Sequence record: SRR20825010_4291
DNA: 20,000 bases
Reading direction: 5' to 3' (one strand)
The position numbers were made by a program, and so were the translations under genes. Positions 1-6,841 of this stretch are shown piece by piece. How positions within the stretch are numbered: position 1 is the first letter of the stretch; each line of letters opens with the position of its first letter. The notes under the pieces were generated by a model. That model ran no database searches, had not been told where the DNA came from, and saw only the letters and a list, made by a program, of their open reading frames with translations.

Positions 1-222
1 GAAATGCTGGGAGAAAGGCTTGAGCAAACCATCGCCAAACATGAAAATGTTTTTTACGATGCGCAGAAAATCAGTTTTGAAAATTGGATTGATAAAATAG
101 ATCCTTCCACCAGTAGCTCAGATTTCTTTAGCGATGGTGTTCATCCTTCCAAACTTACCTATCAAGTTTGGGCCAGAGAAACCGCTAATTATGTGATTCA
201 GAATTCTTTGATCAAGGCTTAG
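1..222 (+). CDS. SGNH/GDSL hydrolase family protein, C-terminal part (5' end outside window)
   Basis: Block V DxxH motif FFSDGVHPS followed by a typical terminal helix (KLTYQVWA); frame is open to the window edge. Confidence 0.8.
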   Translation, partial: EMLGERLEQTIAKHENVFYDAQKISFENWIDKIDPSTSSSDFFSDGVHPSKLTYQVWARETANYVIQNSLIKA

Positions 223-242
223 TCTCTACTATATTCTGAGAA

Positions 243-323
243 AACCCTCCAAAAGTTCTTTTTTATAGATTGAATGAAGCCATTAACTCCTGCTGATCTA
301 GGAACATCAACTTTTGGAGGGTT
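243..323. repeat. Perfect 15-bp inverted repeat with 51-bp spacer (REP/MITE-like) between convergent genes
   Basis: AACCCTCCAAAAGTT (243-257) is the exact reverse complement of AACTTTTGGAGGGTT (309-323). Confidence 0.8.
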
Positions 324-338
324 CCGACCATTAGTGCA

Positions 339-380
339 GAATACTAAAGTCTAATATCTAAGTACTAGGTACTCAATACT
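339..380. repeat. Degenerate heptamer tandem array (6 units)
   Basis: GAATACT AAAGTCT AATATCT AAGTACT AGGTACT CAATACT; CT recurs with exact 7-nt period. Confidence 0.6.
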
Positions 381-383
381 ACT

Positions 384-1652
384 TCAATACCCATACTTTT
401 CTTTCCACATGGCTTGCAGGCGCTTGCGCATTTCTTCTTCACGTGGATTTTTACCCGGATCGTAGAGTTTGGTTCCTTTGATTTCCGCAGGTAAAAATTC
501 TTGGTTGACAAAGTTACCGGGGAAGTCATGCGAGTATTTGTAGCCTTTGCCATAACCCTCTTCCTTCATCAATTTAGTTGGCGCATTGCGGATGGGCAAT
601 GGCACTTGTAAATCGCCAGTTTGACGCACCAAAGCTTGGGCTTGATTAATGGCCATGTAGGCCGCATTACTTTTAGCGGAAGCCGCCAAATAAGTAACGC
701 ATTGTGACAAAACGATTCTTCCTTCAGGATAGCCGATCATGCTCACGGCCTGAAATGCTGTGGTGGCAATGACCAAAGCGGTGGGGTTTGCGTTCCCAAT
801 ATCTTCGGAAGCCAATATGACCAACCTGCGGGCGATAAACTTAATATCTTCACCGCCCTCAATCATTCTTGCTAAATAATACACCGCTGCATTAGGATCG
901 CTGCCTCGAATGGATTTGATGAATGCCGAAATGATATCGTAATGCTGTTCGCCCGATTTATCGTAAATGGCCACCCGCTGTTGCGCAATATCGATTACTT
1001 TATCGTCTGTGATTTCTACTTCTTGGCCACCAAGGTTTTCCACCACCAAATCGAGCAAATTGAGCAGTTTTCTGGCATCACCACCAGAAATACTGAACAG
1101 CGCTTGGGTTTCCTTTAAATGGATAGTTTTCTGACTTAATATCTTATCCTTCTGAATGGCACTTTCCACCAAACGAAGTAAGTCTTCTGTAGAAAGCCCT
1201 TTGAGCGTATACACCTGCGATCGCGACAAAAGTGCCGAATTGACTTCGAAAGAAGGGTTTTCTGTGGTGGCACCGATCAAGGTAACATCCCCTTTTTCCA
1301 CCGCACCCAAAAGGGCATCTTGCTGCGACTTATTGAAACGATGAATTTCGTCAATAAAAAGAATGGTATTTGATTGGAATTTCGCCCTTTGAATTACTTC
1401 TCTGATTTCCTTTACGCCTGCACTTATCGCACTCAGGGATATAAACGGGGCTTTTACGGTATTCGCAATAATATTGGCAATGGTGGTTTTACCCACGCCC
1501 GGAGGCCCCCATAAAATCATGGATGGAATTCCACCCGACTCAATGGCCCTGCGCAACACTCCATTTTTCCCCACTAAATGTTCCTGACCAATCAGGTCGT
1601 CTAAGGTTTGGGGACGGATGCGTTCGGCAAGAGGTTTTTGAGACATTTCCAT
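384..1652 (-). CDS. rarA: Replication-associated recombination protein A (RarA/MgsA AAA+ ATPase)
   Basis: PLAERIRP N-terminus, Walker A GPPGVGKTT, Walker B LFIDEIHRFNKSQQD, GATTENPSF, HYDIISAFIKSIRGSDP, SEDIGNANP, YKYSHD. Start could be the second ATG at 1646. Confidence 0.97.
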   Translation of the reverse strand: MEMSQKPLAERIRPQTLDDLIGQEHLVGKNGVLRRAIESGGIPSMILWGPPGVGKTTIANIIANTVKAPFISLSAISAGVKEIREVIQRAKFQSNTILFIDEIHRFNKSQQDALLGAVEKGDVTLIGATTENPSFEVNSALLSRSQVYTLKGLSTEDLLRLVESAIQKDKILSQKTIHLKETQALFSISGGDARKLLNLLDLVVENLGGQEVEITDDKVIDIAQQRVAIYDKSGEQHYDIISAFIKSIRGSDPNAAVYYLARMIEGGEDIKFIARRLVILASEDIGNANPTALVIATTAFQAVSMIGYPEGRIVLSQCVTYLAASAKSNAAYMAINQAQALVRQTGDLQVPLPIRNAPTKLMKEEGYGKGYKYSHDFPGNFVNQEFLPAEIKGTKLYDPGKNPREEEMRKRLQAMWKEKYGY

Positions 1653-1751
1653 GAAACGAAATTAGGAAGGTTATGTGAGAAGAACAGTGACAATTCTCCA
1701 AAAGTTATCTAACGATTTACAGACATAGAAAATCTAAAATTGAAGAAAGAT

Positions 1752-2000
1752 TCAGAACCTCCGCTCCCACTGGCTGGCTTGTTGCTTTTTTCTCATTTCG
1801 CCAGAATCTATCATTTCTTGAAGGCGAGGCAAGCGTTCAGCATTTCTGGAGGTCATATGCCAATAGCCGCAGTCTCGACATTCATACACATTTTGCGGCC
1901 CTTGGTGCTCGGCAAAGCCTTTATAAATATGCTGATCGATCAGGGCACTTTCGGCCAAATGCTGAGAATCGTATTGAATTTTACCTGAGGAGCAACGCAT
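1752..2000 (-). CDS. Small hypothetical protein, probable Zn-binding (N-terminal Cys plus CxxC-x3-H)
   Basis: 82 aa; MRCSSGK...VYECRDCGYWHMTS; consensus promoter element directly upstream. Confidence 0.75.
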   Translation of the reverse strand: MRCSSGKIQYDSQHLAESALIDQHIYKGFAEHQGPQNVYECRDCGYWHMTSRNAERLPRLQEMIDSGEMRKKQQASQWERRF

Positions 2001-2004
2001 AGCG

Positions 2005-2012
2005 CAAAGATA
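2005..2012 (-). promoter_or_regulatory. Bacteroidota sigma70 -7 element (TATCTTTG) for the 82-aa ORF
   Basis: Exact TAnnTTTG match, 4 nt before the ATG at 2000; no clear -33 TTTG. Confidence 0.6.
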
Positions 2013-2066
2013 CTGAACAGGGATTGGTTTGGTGTAAAATTGATTGCTAAATCATCGACACCGTTG

Positions 2067-2304
2067 TCAAACAAACCTTTTAAACATAAAAGCTCTTCCA
2101 GAGCCAGATTTCAAGTACTTTTCAAATTCAAAAGCCTTGTATCTGTCAGGGAAATTTATCGTAAGTACCAACTCAAAAGGCAACCTTGATTTCGTATAGT
2201 TCACCTCTCCCTTTATTATGCCGTTTTAATCTTTCCTCAAGATTACCAGTACAGCCTACATAAGTGGAGTCATCAGAACATTTGAGGATATAAACGGTGT
2301 GCAT
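2067..2304 (-). pseudogene. Small stand-alone GIY-YIG nuclease, frameshifted by one extra base (AAAGGG, 2214-2209)
   Basis: Manual translation: MHTVYILKCSDDSTYVGCTGNLEERLKRHNK then, after removing one G, GEVNYTKSRLPFELVLTINFPDRYKAFEFEKYLKSGSGRAFMFKRFV* (78 aa). Has VYIL...YVG, R-x2-RH and A-x3-E-x2-LK motifs. Uncorrected frame stops at TGA 2175-2173 (43 aa). Confidence 0.88.
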
Positions 2305-2381
2305 AAGTGAATTATTTACCGATCAAGATAAATATTCCAGGGATTAATCACACGTAGAATAGTGAATTTAGAAATTGAATA

Positions 2382-2594
2382 GTCCAATTTCGCTGAAGCT
2401 TCGGTCGACAATGCCCCGGCTTTGCGCTGACGCGCTATGGCGGACGAAGACTCGCCTACGCTAAAGCTTCGATGGGTACTAGTGGAGTTTCTCCACCGAA
2501 GCCCGCATGTACTGAGGCCTCGAAACAACAGGTGTTGGTTAAAAAAAATAAAGCCCGCCTTCGCTCTAAAGAGCTATGGCGGGCGAAGGTGGAG
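2382..2594. repeat. Cluster of imperfect palindromes, consensus arm-CC-TWC-GC-(loop)-GC-TWY-GG-arm
   Basis: Copies at 2382-2409 (gtccaat TTC GC TGAA GC TTC GGtcgac), 2416-2443 (ccggc TTT GCgc tgac gcGC TAT GGcgg), 2451-2476 (ctcgCC TAC GC TAAA GC TTC GAtggg) and 2553-2584 (gcccgCC TTC GCtct aa agaGC TAT GGcgggc), plus an opposite-orientation split copy with arms 2491-2506 and 2579-2594. Confidence 0.85.
2541..2584 (-). terminator. Intrinsic terminator of ssrA, formed by one repeat copy
   Basis: Minus strand: GCCCGCC-ATA-GCTCT-TT-AGAGC-GAA-GGCGGGC followed by TTTATTTTTTTT, starting 5 nt after the tmRNA discriminator base. Confidence 0.75.
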
Positions 2595-2956
2595 CCGGAG
2601 GGGTTCGAACCCTCGTCCAGATAAGGAACACGAAGCGCCTTCTACATGCTTATTCGCTGATTAATTTTCGAGTCTAGCAAGGTCAGCAACCAACCTAATC
2701 TATACCTTATTCGCAATTGATCTTACCGCTTCTATCACGACACCTAGAAACGGCCAGTTCTGCGTGTGATGCCTCGATTTCCCACCCGGCAGAACGGAGG
2801 GTGAGAGAGACACATTACTGCTAATTCTTAATTAGGCAGCAAGGGCAAATTGTCTTTCGCCAATTATAAATGTGAAAGTTTTATTTAAGGGAAATACTCA
2901 CAACTCCCTGCATGCTTACACTTGAATTACACCTACTGTCAATTCCAGTCGGCCCC
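2590..2956 (-). ncRNA. ssrA: tmRNA (transfer-messenger RNA)
   Basis: 5' GGGGCCGACTGGAATTGAC; 3' T-arm GAGGG-TTCGAAC-CCCTC and CGGCTCCA; acceptor stem with G3-U70; internal tag frame (2861-2832) GERQFALAA*; 367 nt to the discriminator. Confidence 0.97.
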
Positions 2957-2995
2957 ATATAATTTAAAAGGCCATTTACCTTTCTATTGAGTCTG

Positions 2996-3003
2996 CGAAA
3001 GTA
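2996..3003 (-). promoter_or_regulatory. Putative ssrA promoter -7 element (TACTTTCG)
   Basis: One-mismatch TAnnTTTG variant about 40 nt upstream of the mature 5' end. Confidence 0.45.
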
Positions 3004-3137
3004 CGGTCTTTTCTACAGCTTCTAAACATGTTCAACAAAAGAATGTTGCTAGAAAGTTTCAAAACCTCAATTTCTCTATTCTTTAAAACCCTATGCCGCC
3101 TAAAAGGTTATTTAAGAACAAATTTAAAAAATGAATT

Positions 3138-3449
3138 ATGAAAACTAACGATAGAACACTTTCGCAGGTATTGGCAGAATTGAACGAAAAAGGCTTTAAG
3201 GAGCAGTTTACAGCCAAAGAAAAGAGTATTGTGGCAACGGCCAGCAAGAAAGAATATACACCTTACCAACTTAAAATCATAAAAACGTATCGCTTTGATG
3301 GGATGACCAATCCAGGTGATGAGGAAGAGATTTTTGTGATCGAAGCCAACGATGGCACCCGAGGTACATTAATTATGGCTGGAGGGCCTGATCAGTCGCA
3401 GAATGTGGAATTGGTAAAGGAAATTCCTGAGGCTGCTCCATTGGACTAA
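3138..3449 (+). CDS. Conserved hypothetical protein (Bacteroidota YRFxGxxxPxD family)
   Basis: 103 aa with YRFDGMTNPGD...IEANDGTRGTLI; A-rich initiation context; family recognised from memory only. Confidence 0.7.
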   Translation: MKTNDRTLSQVLAELNEKGFKEQFTAKEKSIVATASKKEYTPYQLKIIKTYRFDGMTNPGDEEEIFVIEANDGTRGTLIMAGGPDQSQNVELVKEIPEAAPLD

Positions 3450-3930
3450 GCGCATCACCCAAAGAAATCAGACCACTCGTTAAGATTCTGGCGGTTATTC
3501 CTCCGTGCCCACGCATGGCGTTATAGCCGCCATTCCCTAAATTTTCTTCCATTCTGGAACAAGGATGACAATCGCCAGTATGCTCAAGCAACGCATTTCC
3601 AACTCGAAATTTCTTCCCTTTTAAGGATTGAAGGTTAATTCCCTCCACAACAATATTCCTTCTCAATAACAGAGGATCAATTTCAGCTTGGCCAACCATG
3701 GAAGCCACAGCCCTGATATGCTCTCCTTGAATCAGCGTCACTTGCCGCTTCCCTCCTTTTGATGCATAATGATCACCTTCTAAACCTATTTCTTCAATGG
3801 CTTTAACTTCTTGCACAGTTTGCGGCAGTTCACCTCTTTTTGGACGGATAGAAATAAAGACCACTTTACCAGCCTGAGCGAACTGAGTAGTTAAATAAGG
3901 AATGGTTTTTTGTTCGGGAGAAAGCTTCAT
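3373..3930 (-). CDS. MOSC domain-containing protein
   Basis: GLEGDHY, RQVTLIQ, LRRNIVVEG, CHPCSRME, GHGGITARILTSGLISLGD; start abuts the stop of the upstream desaturase. Confidence 0.92.
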   Translation of the reverse strand: MKLSPEQKTIPYLTTQFAQAGKVVFISIRPKRGELPQTVQEVKAIEEIGLEGDHYASKGGKRQVTLIQGEHIRAVASMVGQAEIDPLLLRRNIVVEGINLQSLKGKKFRVGNALLEHTGDCHPCSRMEENLGNGGYNAMRGHGGITARILTSGLISLGDALSPMEQPQEFPLPIPHSATDQALQP

Positions 3931-4785
3931 CTATTTTTTTGGAACAAGATTTTGAACTTGTGCTTCTTCCGGAACCCTGTAAGGTTGAAAAGGAATTTTG
4001 AGCAGATTCACCATATTGTCATTTTCTTTTGGGTTCATGTGGGTATCAATGCCATAAATCAACTCTTTTGTATCTTCCACTTGGGCGAAAGTGCCGAAAA
4101 TGCGATCCCAAATAGAAAAGATATTTCCGAAGTTGGTGTCGGTTAGTGGTTGCATATAATGGTGATGCACCTTATGCATTAAAGGAGTTACAAACAACCA
4201 AGAAAGTGTCCTATCTACTGATTTGGGCATACGGATGTTTGCATGCGTGATATGTGCAAAAAGTACTGAAAGACTTTGGTATACCATAATGAGCCACATA
4301 GGCGCACCCACAATAATTACCGCCAAAATGGTAAATACAATTCTGAAAATGGTTTCACCTGGATGATGGCGCAAACCCGTAGTCACATCCACTGTGGTAT
4401 CGCTATGGTGTACCAAATGAAATTTCCACATCCATTTCACCTTGTGTTCGGTATAATGAACCAAGTAAGCGCCAATAAAATCGAGTAGTAAAACTCCAAC
4501 AATCAACTGCCCCCAAAGTGGTAATTCTATGACATACAGCAGTCCAAACTGATTGTTGGCGACCAGATCTGAGGCGGCCAAAAGCACACCCGCTAAGCCA
4601 AAGCCAATAATGGCGGTAGTTAAGGTGAAAAAGAGGTTAAGTCCTGCGTGTCTCACTTTTTTATACTGGAAAGCAAAGAGCGGAAGTGTGCCTTCAACAA
4701 TCCAAAAAATGACCACTCCACCAATTAAAATGCCCGCCCGAAACTCTGTGGGGATATTATCAAAGAAATTTACCAGACTTTCCAT
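3931..4785 (-). CDS. Sterol desaturase / fatty acid hydroxylase family membrane protein
   Basis: His boxes HYTEH, HLVHH, RHHP, HANI, HKVHH; NFGNIFSIWDRIFGT; several hydrophobic helices. Confidence 0.92.
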   Translation of the reverse strand: MESLVNFFDNIPTEFRAGILIGGVVIFWIVEGTLPLFAFQYKKVRHAGLNLFFTLTTAIIGFGLAGVLLAASDLVANNQFGLLYVIELPLWGQLIVGVLLLDFIGAYLVHYTEHKVKWMWKFHLVHHSDTTVDVTTGLRHHPGETIFRIVFTILAVIIVGAPMWLIMVYQSLSVLFAHITHANIRMPKSVDRTLSWLFVTPLMHKVHHHYMQPLTDTNFGNIFSIWDRIFGTFAQVEDTKELIYGIDTHMNPKENDNMVNLLKIPFQPYRVPEEAQVQNLVPKK

Positions 4786-4876
4786 CTTACAATTTATTCT
4801 GCTTGCCTAACATATGCAATGTTCGAGCTTAATTAGAAAGCATAATTCTTTAACTTTCATGCTTTAACCTATTACT

Positions 4877-6301
4877 ATGAACTTTAGAAACCTCCTTGCC
4901 TCCACACTTTTCCTCCTTGCCTTTCAAGTTTCCTTTGCCCAAGAATTCTCAAGGGCAGTTCGCCCTTACGTGGCTGTGCAGGAAGACATTGTTGCCCTCA
5001 CGCATGCTAAAATGATTGATGGCACTGGCGCAGACATCAAAACGAATCAAACCTTAGTTTTCAAAAACGGCATTATTACCACCATGGGAAATACAGGTGA
5101 AGTAACTATTCCAGCTGGCGCGAAAGTGATTGACTGCACAGGCAAAACTATAGTGCCCGGAATGGTGATGCTCCACGAACACATTTTCTACCCAAAACCT
5201 TTTGATGGTATTTTTAGCGTTTCACAAATGACATTTACTTTCCCGCGCCTGTATTTGGCTGGAGGTGTAACCACCATTCGGACTGCTGGAAGTATTGAAC
5301 CGCAAACTGATTTAAACATTAGGAAATGGATTGAACAAGGCAGAATGTTGGGGCCAAAAATGGACTTAACAAGTCCGTTTATTGAACGAGAAGGCACTTC
5401 TGTTCCTGAAGTAGGAGTAATCAATAGTTCAGACGAAGCTGCTGAAATGGTTAATTTCTGGGCAGACCGAGGTATCAATTCCTTTAAGGTTTACCAAAAC
5501 ATTACGAAAGAAGACCTAAAAAGCGTAGTGAACGCTGCACACGCCAAAGGCAAAAAAGTAACAGGCCATATCTGCTCTGTCACCTACCGTGAAGCAGCCG
5601 AAATTGGCATTGACAACCTTGAACATGGTTTCTTCCAAAGCTCTGACTTTGTGGGCGACAAGGTGGATGACTTCTGCCCTGCTTTCAAGCGTGGCCAAGC
5701 ATTACGCGCCTTACCAGTAGACGCTCCAGAAATGAAAGAGCTAATGGAGTTCTTGATCGAAAAAGATGTAGCGGTAACTTCTACACTAACAGTTTTTGAA
5801 CCCTATACCGATAGAGAAGTAGTTTTGGGTGGTGGTTTAGAAGCGATGAGTCCTGAAATTCGTGAAAGTCTAGAAACCAGCCATAAGCGTCAGCAAGGGC
5901 GAGATGAAACTGCTATGCTTGACTTTAAAAAGCAAATGGCTTGGGAGAAGATGTTTTACGAAATGGGAGGTAAACTTTTAGCAGGGACCGATCCTACTGG
6001 AGCAGGCAGAACCATAGCAGGTTACGCCAATCAGCGTATGATCGAGCTTTTTATTGAGGCTGGCTTTTCGTTAACAGAAGCTATAAAAATATCGACTTTG
6101 GATGGCGCTAAATTCTTAGAGCGTGCTGATAAAGTAGGTTCACTAGAAGTAGGAAAACAAGCAGATATCCTTATCATCAATGGTGACTTAGAAGCAGATG
6201 TAAGCAATATCCGAAAAATGGAAATTGTCTTTAAAGGTGGCATAGGCTTTAACTCTCCAGCCATTTTCAAATCAATGAACGGTAAAGTAGGCATGTATTA
6301 G
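4877..6301 (+). CDS. Secreted metal-dependent amidohydrolase family protein
   Basis: Signal peptide ending SFA-Q; HxH (LHEH), GVTTIRTAG, FKVY, GH, EHG, AGTD, GSLEVGKQAD. Confidence 0.9.
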   Translation: MNFRNLLASTLFLLAFQVSFAQEFSRAVRPYVAVQEDIVALTHAKMIDGTGADIKTNQTLVFKNGIITTMGNTGEVTIPAGAKVIDCTGKTIVPGMVMLHEHIFYPKPFDGIFSVSQMTFTFPRLYLAGGVTTIRTAGSIEPQTDLNIRKWIEQGRMLGPKMDLTSPFIEREGTSVPEVGVINSSDEAAEMVNFWADRGINSFKVYQNITKEDLKSVVNAAHAKGKKVTGHICSVTYREAAEIGIDNLEHGFFQSSDFVGDKVDDFCPAFKRGQALRALPVDAPEMKELMEFLIEKDVAVTSTLTVFEPYTDREVVLGGGLEAMSPEIRESLETSHKRQQGRDETAMLDFKKQMAWEKMFYEMGGKLLAGTDPTGAGRTIAGYANQRMIELFIEAGFSLTEAIKISTLDGAKFLERADKVGSLEVGKQADILIINGDLEADVSNIRKMEIVFKGGIGFNSPAIFKSMNGKVGMY

Positions 6302-6325
6302 ATTTCAATTTTTACAAAGACAACG

Positions 6326-6778
6326 ATGAAAAACATTTTTAAGCAAGAAGTAACTCAAGAGGTCATTGATAGAATCAACAAACTCACACCAGAGACTAAA
6401 CCGCTTTGGGGTAAAATGAATGTAGGCCAAATGCTAGCGCATTGTAGTGTCACTTACGAAATGATTTATGACGGCACCCATCAACCCCCAAAAGGCATGA
6501 TGAAATTGATGCTGAGGTTTTTCGTGAAAGGAATGGTGACAAGCGAGAAGCCATATAAAAAGAACCTAAGGACAGCACCTCAGTTCTTAATGACTACTGA
6601 AAAAGACTTCGAAGCGGAGAAAAAAAGGCTGATTGACTACCTCGCAAAAACACAAGAGCTTGGCGAATCGCATTTCGACAATAAGGAATCACTTTCTTTT
6701 GGCCGCCTAAGCATCAATGAATGGAACAATATGTTTTATAAACATTTGGATCACCATTTAAACCAATTTGGCGTCTGA
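6326..6778 (+). CDS. DUF1569 (DinB-like) protein
   Basis: WGKMNVGQMLAHC and terminal KHLDHHLNQFGV motifs. Confidence 0.88.
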   Translation: MKNIFKQEVTQEVIDRINKLTPETKPLWGKMNVGQMLAHCSVTYEMIYDGTHQPPKGMMKLMLRFFVKGMVTSEKPYKKNLRTAPQFLMTTEKDFEAEKKRLIDYLAKTQELGESHFDNKESLSFGRLSINEWNNMFYKHLDHHLNQFGV

Positions 6779-6841
6779 TCTCTCCCCAAACATTATCTTT
6801 CACATAGCCCGTCTTCAAATTCGGGTCAATCATAAATTTTA

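Noticed and set aside
1740-1988. 82-aa + strand ORF
   Set aside because: Antisense shadow of the minus-strand ORF, which has the Cys/His motif and a promoter.
2382-2584. Possible CRISPR array
   Set aside because: Repeats are not identical, spacing is irregular (about 6, 7 and 76 nt) and there are no cas genes.
1-2590. Integrase-type genomic island or prophage at ssrA
   Set aside because: No integrase in the window; the only direct repeat of the ssrA end I found is 6 bp (GTGGAG, 2482-2487); the core gene rarA follows within 1 kb.
2590-2620. Possible tRNA gene
   Set aside because: T-arm and acceptor 3' strand pair with a 5' end about 360 nt away and enclose a tag frame, so this is tmRNA.
2316-2664. 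ORF-track ORFs 2316-2528 (-) and 2437-2664 (+)
   Set aside because: They are translations of the palindromic repeats (PTLKLR, PAFA) and of the tmRNA antisense strand; no protein features.
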